Positions 40,325-49,811 of a stretch of DNA of 64,000 nt are shown here, piece by piece. Position numbers and translations under genes: made by a program. This stretch comes from an uncultured Alphaproteobacteria bacterium (GTDB lineage: Bacteria > Pseudomonadota > Alphaproteobacteria > HIMB59 > GCA-002718135), in the NCBI GenBank assembly GCA_902621725.1, contig CACNND010000001.1, forward strand, positions 83,726-147,725. Reading direction: 5' to 3'. Numbering within the stretch: position 1 is the stretch's first letter; the number at the start of each line of letters is the position of its first letter. The notes under the pieces are model-generated. The model did no database searches, was not told where the DNA came from, and was given only the letters and a program-made list of their open reading frames with translations.

Positions 40325-41323
40325 TTAGATTAAACTCTTAATTTTTTCTATGAGTTCTGAATTGATATTTCTTGGACCTTTATCTTCTCTATTAGTATGT
40401 CTTCTTTGTCCAGGTAAACGCACGCCGTCTAAGGATGTCATTTGTTCAAAAAATTTTTCGGCATGTTCGTTCCAATTTTTTCCTGCTATTAGTTCTGGAG
40501 ATAAAGCAATAATAAATTCACCTCCTCGTGCTGGGCCTCCATCATTATTATCCTCTTTTTTTGCTTCAAAACTAAATAAATCTCCAACTAGTCCAGCAGA
40601 TAGTAATTCAATCATCATAGCTATAGCGGAACCTTTATAATCACCAAAAGTCAGAAGCACTCCTCCATTTGCTATTTGATTTGGATCATCAGTTTTTTCA
40701 CCATCTTTATTTAATCCTGTTCCAAATGGTACTTTGTGACCATCTCTAGCTGCAACCTGAACCTCACCCATGGCCATTGTAGAAGTTGCCATGTCATAAA
40801 CGACAGGAGTATTATTTTTTCTTGGCCATGCAAATGAAATTGGATTAGTTCCAAATAGTGGTTTTTTTGCACCAGCTGGCGCTACGCTTGGTTTGTATGC
40901 CGTACAAGCAATACCAATTAAATTATTTTCAGCTAACGCTTCAGTCTCATGCCACAAGGCAGCAAAGTGATGAGTATTAGCAATTGTTAACACACCAACT
41001 CCATGTTTATTTGAAGTTTTTATTAATTCAGGTAATCCAACTTTTATTCCTACTGGAGCAAAACCATAATCCCCATCAACACGAATAGCATTTTGTGTAA
41101 GATATTTACTAGTAGGTCGAGAAACAGCATTTACTTTTTTACTTTTTAAAGAAGCTACATACCCTGGAATTCTAAATAAACCATGAGAAACACTTCCATC
41201 TCTCTCTGCATGAGTTACCGTTGTAGCAACACAATCAGCATTTAAATGATCACAGCCATGTTTTGTAAGTGCTTCATAAGCTAATTCATATATTTTTTCT
41301 AATTTTAAAGGAATTGTATTCAT
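40325..41323 (-). CDS. Ldh_2 family (malate/L-lactate/ureidoglycolate-type) dehydrogenase
   Basis: GSVSHGLFRIPGYV and the overall length of about 330 aa are typical of PF02615 enzymes. Confidence 0.8.
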   Translation of the reverse strand: MNTIPLKLEKIYELAYEALTKHGCDHLNADCVATTVTHAERDGSVSHGLFRIPGYVASLKSKKVNAVSRPTSKYLTQNAIRVDGDYGFAPVGIKVGLPELIKTSNKHGVGVLTIANTHHFAALWHETEALAENNLIGIACTAYKPSVAPAGAKKPLFGTNPISFAWPRKNNTPVVYDMATSTMAMGEVQVAARDGHKVPFGTGLNKDGEKTDDPNQIANGGVLLTFGDYKGSAIAMMIELLSAGLVGDLFSFEAKKEDNNDGGPARGGEFIIALSPELIAGKNWNEHAEKFFEQMTSLDGVRLPGQRRHTNREDKGPRNINSELIEKIKSLI

Positions 41324-41356
41324 TTACTTTTCTTTTATATTTAATATTATTAGTGA

Positions 41357-42727
41357 ATGGATAGAGGATTATTAGACAATTTGAAAGAGCTTTTACAAGA
41401 AAGAATATCATTTTCAGAAAGTGTTAGAAATAATCACGCTAAAGGTGAAGATGCCTATGATCCTATCTTACCCAGAGCAGTTTTATTTCCAAAAAATAAT
41501 GAAGAACTTTCAAAAATATTAAAAATTTGTAACGAATTCAAGGTACCAGTAACTGCCTATGGAACAGGAACATCACTAGAAGGTCATGTAGTAGGTAATG
41601 AAGAAGGTTTTACAATATCAATGGAAAATTTTAATAAAATAATTTCAATCAATGAGCAAGATTTTGATTGTCGGGTTCAGGCCAATGTATCTCGTGAACA
41701 ACTTAATGAAACTCTTAAAGATAAAGGAGTATTTTTTCCAATTGATCCTGGTGCTAATGCATCTTTGGGTGGTATGACTGCTTGCTCTGCATCAGGAACA
41801 ATGGCTGTAAGATACGGAACAATGAGAACAACCGTTCTAGGTCTAACTGTAGTTTTAGCAAATGGAGATATAATAAAAACGGGTACAAGAGCAAAAAAAA
41901 CTTCTGCAGGATATAATTTGACCAATCTTTTTGTTGGTTCTGAAGGTACACTAGGAATAATCACTGAGATTCATCTTAGATTATCACCTGTTCCTGAAAG
42001 TATAATGAGTGCCGTATGTCAATTTCCAGATCTTGATTCAGCTGTTTTAACTGCTCAAGAAATTATTCAATACGGTGTACCAATTGCTAGAGTAGAGTTG
42101 TTAAATAAAGATCAGATGGATATTAGTATAAAGTATTCTAAACTAGAGAATTTAGAAAGTTTACCAACACTTTTTTATGAATTTCATGGAAGTGAAATTT
42201 CAAATAAAGAATCTATTGATGTAGTTGAGGAGATATCTAAAAATAATAATGGTAGTGAATTTAAGTGGGCAGCAAACACGGAAGAAAGAAATAAGATTTG
42301 GAAAGCGAGACATAATGTTTATTATTCAGTTAAAGCGCAAGGGGATAATATAAGAGTTTACGCTACTGATGTTTGCGTGCCTATCTCAAATATTGTTGAG
42401 TGTATTAAATTTGCAGAAAACGAACTTCAAGGTACTGGGCTGAAAGCTCCTATGGTTGGTCATGTAGGTGATGGAAATTTTCATGTAACTATTGTCTATG
42501 ATCCTAACAAAGATAATGAATATCAATACATAAGAAAATTTAGTGATAAATTAATTGATAAAGCACTAAAAATGGATGGAACAATAACAGGAGAACACGG
42601 GATAGGTCTTCAAAAAAAGGAATATTTATTAAGACAACACCCAGATAATATTCCTTTAATGAAATTAATTAAGAAAAGTTTTGATCCAAATAATATTTTA
42701 AACCCAGGTAAAATATTTGATATTTAA
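41357..42727 (+). CDS. FAD-linked oxidase (D-lactate dehydrogenase/GlcD-like)
   Basis: FAD_binding_4 pattern (AYGTGTSLEGH) and a C-terminal GEHGIG motif. Confidence 0.85.
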   Translation: MDRGLLDNLKELLQERISFSESVRNNHAKGEDAYDPILPRAVLFPKNNEELSKILKICNEFKVPVTAYGTGTSLEGHVVGNEEGFTISMENFNKIISINEQDFDCRVQANVSREQLNETLKDKGVFFPIDPGANASLGGMTACSASGTMAVRYGTMRTTVLGLTVVLANGDIIKTGTRAKKTSAGYNLTNLFVGSEGTLGIITEIHLRLSPVPESIMSAVCQFPDLDSAVLTAQEIIQYGVPIARVELLNKDQMDISIKYSKLENLESLPTLFYEFHGSEISNKESIDVVEEISKNNNGSEFKWAANTEERNKIWKARHNVYYSVKAQGDNIRVYATDVCVPISNIVECIKFAENELQGTGLKAPMVGHVGDGNFHVTIVYDPNKDNEYQYIRKFSDKLIDKALKMDGTITGEHGIGLQKKEYLLRQHPDNIPLMKLIKKSFDPNNILNPGKIFDI

Positions 42728-42772
42728 AATATAAAAATTAAATTAATTCTAAATTTTTTATTATAATAATAA

Positions 42773-43816
42773 CTACTTTGGATTATTGATATCTTCGTTA
42801 TACGCAAATACTGCTGGGCTTCCGCCTGTATATATAAATATTACATTATCACCTTTTTTAATAATACCTTTTTCCACATAATCTATAAGAGCAGCAAAAC
42901 CTTTGGAAGTATAAACTGGGTCTAAAATTATAGATTCTTTATTTGCTAAAAGCTTCATAGCCTCTATTCCTGCTTTTGTAGTAGCACCATATTTTTCACC
43001 TACATAACTATTATCATGATTGATCATTTCGTGATTAAATTTTACATTTACATCAAGTAACTTAGCTCCTTCATTGCAAATCCTGGCAATATCTTTTTTA
43101 ATATCCATTTCCCAATAAACAGGAGAAATACCTTGAATACGAGTTGGCCAATTTAATATTTTTGCCCCTAACACACATCCTGCTTGTGTCATATTAGCAG
43201 CTGTAACAAATAAATGATCTGCCATAAAATTTTGTTCTTTCATTTGCAAATCAATTTCAGCCATAGCATTTGCATAACTAATTCCAGCAAGAGTTGTATC
43301 CTCTTTTCCAAATCCACCATATATTATTAAAGGTTTGCGACCCTCCTTTATTAACTCTTTATATTTTCTATCTAGATGTTTTGGTATTTCTTCTAAATTT
43401 TCTCCATCAACTACCTCAACGTTTGCTCCCAAGATGTTATATAATAAAAAATTACCTTGCATTAACTTACCTTTTATTCCATGCATCAATACTAAATAAC
43501 TATCTAGATTTAATTTATTAGCAGCAGCTACTGCTTGACGACAAAAGTTTGATTGAGAGGCGGCTCCAGTTAAAATACAATCAAACTCTCCAGATAAAGT
43601 TTTAGCCATTATAAATTCTAGATGCCTTGTTTTATTCCCTCCGAAAGCTAGAGCAGTACAATCATCTCTTTTTATATAAAGATTTATATTTAACTCTTTA
43701 GAAATATTAGGGGCATATTCAAGAACAGTTGGTAGTTGTGCTAAATGAATTTTTGGAATTTTATTTATTCTTGAAACTAATTCTTCAGCAGATAACGGTT
43801 TAAAATTACTATTCAT
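42773..43816 (-). CDS. PLP-dependent ACC deaminase/D-cysteine desulfhydrase family enzyme
   Basis: GGNKTRHLEF (PLP-Lys region of the family), tryptophan-synthase-beta fold. Confidence 0.8.
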   Translation of the reverse strand: MNSNFKPLSAEELVSRINKIPKIHLAQLPTVLEYAPNISKELNINLYIKRDDCTALAFGGNKTRHLEFIMAKTLSGEFDCILTGAASQSNFCRQAVAAANKLNLDSYLVLMHGIKGKLMQGNFLLYNILGANVEVVDGENLEEIPKHLDRKYKELIKEGRKPLIIYGGFGKEDTTLAGISYANAMAEIDLQMKEQNFMADHLFVTAANMTQAGCVLGAKILNWPTRIQGISPVYWEMDIKKDIARICNEGAKLLDVNVKFNHEMINHDNSYVGEKYGATTKAGIEAMKLLANKESIILDPVYTSKGFAALIDYVEKGIIKKGDNVIFIYTGGSPAVFAYNEDINNPK

Positions 43817-43846
43817 TTTACAAATGACATTAAAAATTTTTAAAAA

Positions 43847-45580
43847 TTAATGACTATGTCTTTTTACCTCTGAGCCTCTTTTACCAATCAGAAAATCAAG
43901 ATCTGCACCTTTATCAGCTTGCATAACGTGATCTATATACATTTTTTGATAACCACCAGAAATCTCAGGTAAAATTGGATTATAATTATCTAAACGATTT
44001 TTAATTGTTTCTTCGTCAACTTTTAAGTCCATAGCACCTTTATTGACATCTATTTCTATTAGATCACCATTTTGAACCGCTGCTAAAGGGCCTTTTACTG
44101 CTGCTTCAGGAGCAGTATGAAGGATTACTGTTCCATATGCTGTTCCACTCATTCTAGCATCAGATATCCTAATCATATCCCTTACACCTTTCTTTAAAAG
44201 TTTTTGTGGAAGACGCATATTACCAACTTCTGCCATACCTGGATAACCTTTTGGTCCACAATTTTTCAAAACTAATATAGATTTTTCGTCTACCTCTAAA
44301 TTTGGATCATCAATTTTTTCATGAAATTCTTCTACACTTTCAAAGACAACCGCTTTTCCAATATGTTTCATTAATTCTGGTGATGCAGCAGATGGTTTAA
44401 TTATTGCGCCATTAGGTGCAATGTTTCCTTTAAGAATTTTAATGCCTCCATTTTTTGTTAATGGATTATCAAATTCTTTTATAACTTCATTATTCCAACA
44501 TTTAGCGTTTTTGTTATTTTCACCAATAGTTTTTCCATTTACTGTCAATGCATTCTCATCTAATAATTTTTTTTCAAGTAATCTTTTTATTACAACAGGA
44601 ACTCCACCTGCATAATAAAAATCTTCCATTAAATATTTTCCAGAAGGCTGAAGATTTACAAGTGTCGGAATTCCCTCTCCACACTTATTCCAATCTTCTA
44701 AATCCAAATCTATTTCCATTCTTCCTGAAATAGCTGCTAAATGAATAACAGCATTTGTTGAACCGCCTATAGCGCCATTAACTTTTATTGCATTTTCAAA
44801 TGATTTTTTTGTTACAATTTTTGACATATTTATATTTTCTTTAACCATCTCAACAATTCTTTTTCCTGACATATGAGCTAATGTGTATCTTCTTGAATCA
44901 ACTGCTGGAATTGCTGCGTTTCCAGGAAGAGACATTCCTAATGCTTCCACCATTGAACCCATTGTTGATGCTGTACCCATAGTCATACAATTACCTTTTG
45001 ATCTGCTCATTGAAATTTCTGCATTTATAAAATCTTCTTCTGTAATTACACCTGCGTTTAAATCAGCATCAAGTTTCCAAACTCCTGTTCCAGAACCTAT
45101 AGTTTCTCCCTGATGATGACCATTCAGCATTGGACCGCCTGAAACTCCTATTGTTGGAAGGTCAACACTTGCTGCACCCATCATTAATGAAGGTGTTGTT
45201 TTATCACAACCCATTAATAGTACTACACCGTCTATTGGATTACCCCTTATTGCTTCTTCAACATCCATACTTGCCAAGTTTCTAAACAACATCGCTGTAG
45301 GTCTTAAGTTAGATTCACTTGCTGAAAATACAGGAAATTCAAGTGGGAAACCACCAGCTTCATAAACACCTTTTTTAACAGACTCTGCTATCTCTCTAAA
45401 ATGACCATTACATGGTGTCAGTTCTGACCAAGTATTACAAATTCCAATTACAGGACGTCCATCAAATAGGTGATTGGGATGCCCTTGATTTCTCATCCAG
45501 CCTCTATGAATAAATGTATCTCTTCTATGTGTTTTAGAATTATACCAATTGGAAGATCTAAATTTATTTTTTTTATTCAT
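43847..45580 (-). CDS. IlvD/Edd family dehydratase (sugar-acid dehydratase type)
   Basis: CDKTTPS cluster-ligand motif, 577 aa. The context with a lactonase suggests an aldonate dehydratase rather than biosynthetic IlvD. Confidence 0.85.
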   Translation of the reverse strand: MNKKNKFRSSNWYNSKTHRRDTFIHRGWMRNQGHPNHLFDGRPVIGICNTWSELTPCNGHFREIAESVKKGVYEAGGFPLEFPVFSASESNLRPTAMLFRNLASMDVEEAIRGNPIDGVVLLMGCDKTTPSLMMGAASVDLPTIGVSGGPMLNGHHQGETIGSGTGVWKLDADLNAGVITEEDFINAEISMSRSKGNCMTMGTASTMGSMVEALGMSLPGNAAIPAVDSRRYTLAHMSGKRIVEMVKENINMSKIVTKKSFENAIKVNGAIGGSTNAVIHLAAISGRMEIDLDLEDWNKCGEGIPTLVNLQPSGKYLMEDFYYAGGVPVVIKRLLEKKLLDENALTVNGKTIGENNKNAKCWNNEVIKEFDNPLTKNGGIKILKGNIAPNGAIIKPSAASPELMKHIGKAVVFESVEEFHEKIDDPNLEVDEKSILVLKNCGPKGYPGMAEVGNMRLPQKLLKKGVRDMIRISDARMSGTAYGTVILHTAPEAAVKGPLAAVQNGDLIEIDVNKGAMDLKVDEETIKNRLDNYNPILPEISGGYQKMYIDHVMQADKGADLDFLIGKRGSEVKRHSH

Positions 45581-45612
45581 GAATGAAAGTTTTAGCTAAT
45601 TAAAGTAAAAAA

Positions 45613-46500
45613 TCAAATTTTAAATTTATAATCTTCAACTCCTGGTACATTTACATTTAATGCGAATAAACTGCCATCATATTGATTTTTGCCAGAATTA
45701 TTTGCAGTAGTAATGAATAATGTCTTAAGATCAGTACCACCAAAAACACAATTAGTGACATTTTCTACAGGTAGCTCATAAATTTGATCGACTCTTCCTT
45801 TAGGGTCAATTCTCACTAAACATGATCCACCCCAACGACAATTCCAAATAAAACCATCACTATCAATAGTTGAACCATCTGGAGCTCCTCTATCAAAATC
45901 AAATAAAATTTTTTTATCTGATAAACTGCCTTTGTCTAGATTAAATTTATATTCAAGTAATGATCCTTCAGTTGAGTCAGCAAAATAAAATTTTGTATTA
46001 TCTGGACTCCAAACAAATGTATTAGGTATACCAAGATTTGTTTCAACTATGTTTAATTTATTTTCCGATAAACAATATAAAGTTCCAGATTTAGTATTTA
46101 AAGTCTTTGCACTTCCATCCTGATTAATATTATTTTGCATTGTACCAAACCAGAGCCTTCCTTTTGCATCGGATGCACCGTCGTTTGATCTATTAGTTAA
46201 AATATTTTCTTCTACCTCTTTAATTATTTCATATTTTTTGGTTTGAAAATTAAATTTGTTTACTCCGTTGTTTGAAACTAGAGCAATTTCACTGTTTGAA
46301 ATTGTTGATGATGCTGTTACAAATTCAGGTAATTCAAAAGTTTCTAATTTTTCACTTTGAAAATTTATTCTGAATAAAACTGTTTTTGGTTTTATATCAA
46401 GCCAAAATAAACTTTGATTAATTGAAGACCAAGTTATACCTTCACCTAAACTGTTTTTTACATCTTTATATAATTCAACCTTACTCACCGAAAGGATCAA
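45613..46500 (-). CDS. SMP-30/gluconolactonase/LRE-like lactonase
   Basis: GEGITW, LFWLDI, and six-bladed-propeller-type repeats. Confidence 0.85.
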   Translation of the reverse strand: MILSVSKVELYKDVKNSLGEGITWSSINQSLFWLDIKPKTVLFRINFQSEKLETFELPEFVTASSTISNSEIALVSNNGVNKFNFQTKKYEIIKEVEENILTNRSNDGASDAKGRLWFGTMQNNINQDGSAKTLNTKSGTLYCLSENKLNIVETNLGIPNTFVWSPDNTKFYFADSTEGSLLEYKFNLDKGSLSDKKILFDFDRGAPDGSTIDSDGFIWNCRWGGSCLVRIDPKGRVDQIYELPVENVTNCVFGGTDLKTLFITTANNSGKNQYDGSLFALNVNVPGVEDYKFKI

Positions 46501-46532
46501 TATAATAAAATTTAAAATTTATGAAGATAAGA

Positions 46533-47537
46533 TTAAAGATAATGCGCTTTGTCTTTGATACGAGCCATTACTTCTTTTGTTGCTTCTTCAGATCCATCAT
46601 GAAAAGTACCCATTAGTTTATCTAAAAAACTAGTGTTTCCTCCTGAGTAATTACATTCAAAGTATTTGTGATGAATATAGTGCATATAATCACCTGTGGG
46701 TATTGATACACCATTTTTGAAAGTCATCTTTTCATATCCTGTATGTCCAGGTGTAGGGGCTAGTCCAGCATGAAAAACATGATACATCGCAACAAGAGGG
46801 TGAGAAGGAATAATCCAATGTACTAAAATACCTGAAAAATATAATAGATGCTCTATTGGGTGCATAGACATACCAGACCAAGCACCTGTATTTGTATTAC
46901 GGTGATGAACTTTATGAGCAATTTTATAAAGTGGTGCCCAGTGCAATAGTCTATGAGTTAAATAAAAATGTGCGTCTCTTATAAATGGAACAAGAAAGAA
47001 CATAAAACAACAATATATTGGATAAGCCTCCCAGCTTACATAAGGGATTATTTGATTTGCGAATGCCCAAAATGTAATTACTTCATAAGCTGTCCATAAT
47101 GGGATAGCACTACAAAAAGTATAGAATAGGTTATCTTTAGTCTGATCATTGAATAAAAATGTTGAGTTATTTTTTTCTAAAGGTCGTGGATTATATTTAA
47201 ATGAAGTTCCTTGTGTCTTCAGTCTTAAATGAAAGAAGCCTGTCCAAAGCAAAATAATAAGTGCATTTCTAAAGAATATGTAGGATATCCATCCTATTTC
47301 AAAAGTCTTCATTGTCTCTAAAGAAGGAGTCAAAAAAAGATATGTAGCAACTGTTATCGCTGCAAATACGAAAGTCCATGGGAAAAAAATTCCTGGGAAT
47401 TTAAAAAAATACTTTAAAAATTTTATTGGGTTGAAAAATATATCTTTAGGTGGGTTAATACTTATTGTACCAAATGGTTTCCAATGACCCCGTTTATCTC
47501 TTGTACCAAAATCACTGTCATTTAATTGATTTCCCAT
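46533..47537 (-). CDS. Fatty acid hydroxylase/sterol desaturase family membrane di-iron enzyme
   Basis: His boxes HRLLH, HKVHH and HYIHHKY, with several TM helices. Confidence 0.8.
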   Translation of the reverse strand: MGNQLNDSDFGTRDKRGHWKPFGTISINPPKDIFFNPIKFLKYFFKFPGIFFPWTFVFAAITVATYLFLTPSLETMKTFEIGWISYIFFRNALIILLWTGFFHLRLKTQGTSFKYNPRPLEKNNSTFLFNDQTKDNLFYTFCSAIPLWTAYEVITFWAFANQIIPYVSWEAYPIYCCFMFFLVPFIRDAHFYLTHRLLHWAPLYKIAHKVHHRNTNTGAWSGMSMHPIEHLLYFSGILVHWIIPSHPLVAMYHVFHAGLAPTPGHTGYEKMTFKNGVSIPTGDYMHYIHHKYFECNYSGGNTSFLDKLMGTFHDGSEEATKEVMARIKDKAHYL

Positions 47538-47575
47538 AATGTATTTATAATATATTTTGAGTAAAAAAAAAGAGA

Positions 47576-48592
47576 CTAAATTGTCGTATCTGGAACCTTC
47601 ACATCAATAAAATAATTTTTATCTTTAGATTGCTTAAATATTGCTGGGATTATTGATCTATAAGCAGAAATTATTCCGTTATGAGGTTCTGGCATTTGAT
47701 TTTTAACTATTTTGTGAAATTTTTTTAAATTATGACATGGGATTTTTGGGAAAATGTGATGCTCAATATGATACTCCATATTTGAATACAAAAAACTAAA
47801 AAAAGGATTCATAATAACGGTTCTTGTACTTTTTCTATGGTCTTTAATATTATCAGCTAGTCCAGCATGTTGAGTCATGCCACAAATCATTAATATAGTA
47901 TTTCCATAAAATGGAGGTAAAATTATCATTATGATTGGTAGCCATGATTGTAATAAAACTGAGGATAGAATTACAAGTAACCAAAAACCTAGATATAATC
48001 TGGAACTATTAATAATTTTTTTTATCTCCTTTTCAGGTACAGTAACTTTTACTACAGGAGTGATTATTCCAAATGAATGTTTAATAATTTCAAAATGTGT
48101 AAAATGTCTTATTTTTTGAATATTAATTATTGGACCAAATGGTAAAAAATTTAAAAGAAATCTAATAGGTTCTGTTGGTTTCGGACTATTGTTTTCGTAA
48201 TCATACACTTCGTCATGTGTAAATATTGTGTAAGTGTGATGATGAAAATGACTCCATTTCCATCTAACTGCCTCAAAACCTCCAAGCAAAGAAGTTATAT
48301 GATAAAAAAATTTATTTAACGCTCTTTTTTTAAAATATGTTTCGTGATTTGTTTCATGTTGAATACTAATGATTTTACAATAAAAAATATTTCCATAAAG
48401 TAGAAAAGCAGGAATTGACCATAAAGTGCCCCAACTTACAATGCATAGATATCCACTTAATACTAGGGCAATGACAAATAATGATATATCTATTATGCCT
48501 TTTAAATCAGATCTCTTAGATAGTTCTTTTAAAATTTTCTTATCTATATTTGGCTTGTACCAATTTTTTAAATCTACTTCGCCTGCGAACAT
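47576..48592 (-). CDS. Fatty acid desaturase family (FADS-like) membrane di-iron enzyme, copy B
   Basis: His boxes HETNH, HFHHH and HIEHHIFP. Paralog of 51053..52039. Confidence 0.8.
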   Translation of the reverse strand: MFAGEVDLKNWYKPNIDKKILKELSKRSDLKGIIDISLFVIALVLSGYLCIVSWGTLWSIPAFLLYGNIFYCKIISIQHETNHETYFKKRALNKFFYHITSLLGGFEAVRWKWSHFHHHTYTIFTHDEVYDYENNSPKPTEPIRFLLNFLPFGPIINIQKIRHFTHFEIIKHSFGIITPVVKVTVPEKEIKKIINSSRLYLGFWLLVILSSVLLQSWLPIIMIILPPFYGNTILMICGMTQHAGLADNIKDHRKSTRTVIMNPFFSFLYSNMEYHIEHHIFPKIPCHNLKKFHKIVKNQMPEPHNGIISAYRSIIPAIFKQSKDKNYFIDVKVPDTTI

Positions 48593-48595
48593 TAA

Positions 48596-49423
48596 TCAAA
48601 ATTTTTCTGAAAGTTTTAGGAATTTTTCAAATTCAGCTTCGTCGATGTTTACTGTGATTTTAGGGTCATTAAATTTTTTGTTTACTGTGTCATCGTGAAA
48701 TTCTTTAAAAGCACTAATTCTTTCAGCTTGTAGTTTTGCAAATTCTTTTTTAAAATCTCTATAAATACGTGCATGTCTTGGAATTTTTCCTTGAGTATAC
48801 CCAAGAACATCATTAGCAAATAAATATTGCCCATCACATCCAGAACCACTTCCCATTGAGAGAGTCATGATATCAACTTTTTTTGTAATAATTTCTGCAA
48901 CTTTTGGTGGAACTACTTCGAGTTCAACTCCGATAGCCCCCGCTTCTTGTAACTCAAGAGTATGTTCTAAAATTCTGATGGCTTTATTAGCAGTTTTACC
49001 TTGCGCAATAAATCCTCCAATCCAAGTAGCATTTCCTGGAACTAATCCAACATGACTGTTAATTGGAATGTACTCATCTCTTAATGCTCTAATCCATTTG
49101 TAGCTCCAATTACCACCATAGATTACATCTGCACCAATATCTAAATACTTATGTGATAGTTTCATTGCTTCATACTCAGAAGCTACTCTTACTGCACCTC
49201 CAGATTGCATAAAGCAAGTTGGCGCAGCCTCACGAATTCTCTTAAGTTCATCAAAAGAATTATAAATACCAAATTGTGGAGCATCATGAGAAGTACAAAT
49301 CATATCAATGCCTGCCTCTTCAGCTGCTGCAGCTTCATCAGCATTATGCACAAACATAACACTTAGTTGTCTTTTACCTTTGCATTGCAAATAATCATAA
49401 ACTGTAAGTTTTTTTCTGCTCAT
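48596..49423 (-). CDS. PanB-like (3-methyl-2-oxobutanoate hydroxymethyltransferase family) enzyme, divergent
   Basis: Colinear with PanB (HVGLVPGNATWIGGFIAQGKT vs [21 protein letters not shown]; LEVVP vs LECVP; MGSGSGCDGQYL vs IGAGNVTDGQIL). The GDSLGM segment is not recognisable. Confidence 0.7.
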   Translation of the reverse strand: MSRKKLTVYDYLQCKGKRQLSVMFVHNADEAAAAEEAGIDMICTSHDAPQFGIYNSFDELKRIREAAPTCFMQSGGAVRVASEYEAMKLSHKYLDIGADVIYGGNWSYKWIRALRDEYIPINSHVGLVPGNATWIGGFIAQGKTANKAIRILEHTLELQEAGAIGVELEVVPPKVAEIITKKVDIMTLSMGSGSGCDGQYLFANDVLGYTQGKIPRHARIYRDFKKEFAKLQAERISAFKEFHDDTVNKKFNDPKITVNIDEAEFEKFLKLSEKF

Positions 49424-49441
49424 AAAATCTCCAAAAAATAT

Positions 49442-49759
49442 TTAATCTATTTTAATGAAAATTTTGTCATTATCAACTTTAACTGGATATGTTTTTAAAT
49501 CCTCACACGCTGGTGGGCTTAAAGCTTCGCCAGATTTAATATTAAAAATTCCTTGATGCATTGGACATTCAATTTCATCATCCATAACCAGGCCATCTTC
49601 AAGATGTACTGCCTCGTGTGTACAAATTCCATCAGTAGCATAAAAACCATCTGCTAATCTATACACGCAAAATGTTTTATCTTGATGATCAAATCTTATG
49701 AGATCCTCTTCTTCAATACTATCTGTAGACCCAACTTCAATCCAATTTTCTTCAGACAT
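49442..49759 (-). CDS. Rieske [2Fe-2S] ferredoxin
   Basis: CTHE...H and CPMHQG (CxH...CxxH) in a 105-aa soluble protein. Confidence 0.85.
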   Translation of the reverse strand: MSEENWIEVGSTDSIEEEDLIRFDHQDKTFCVYRLADGFYATDGICTHEAVHLEDGLVMDDEIECPMHQGIFNIKSGEALSPPACEDLKTYPVKVDNDKIFIKID

Positions 49760-49811
49760 AGATTGTATATAATATCTATTTTATGAAAATAAATACAAAA
49801 TAATTAATTTA

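Noticed and set aside
40350-40640. 96-aa ORF antisense to the Ldh_2 gene. ORFs 41677..41964, 41754..41951, 43294..43521, 44421..44615, 44548..44733, 44883..45113, 47931..48119, 48426..48698 and 48867..49055 are similar.
   Set aside because: Shadow ORFs opposite confidently assigned enzymes. No independent start signals.
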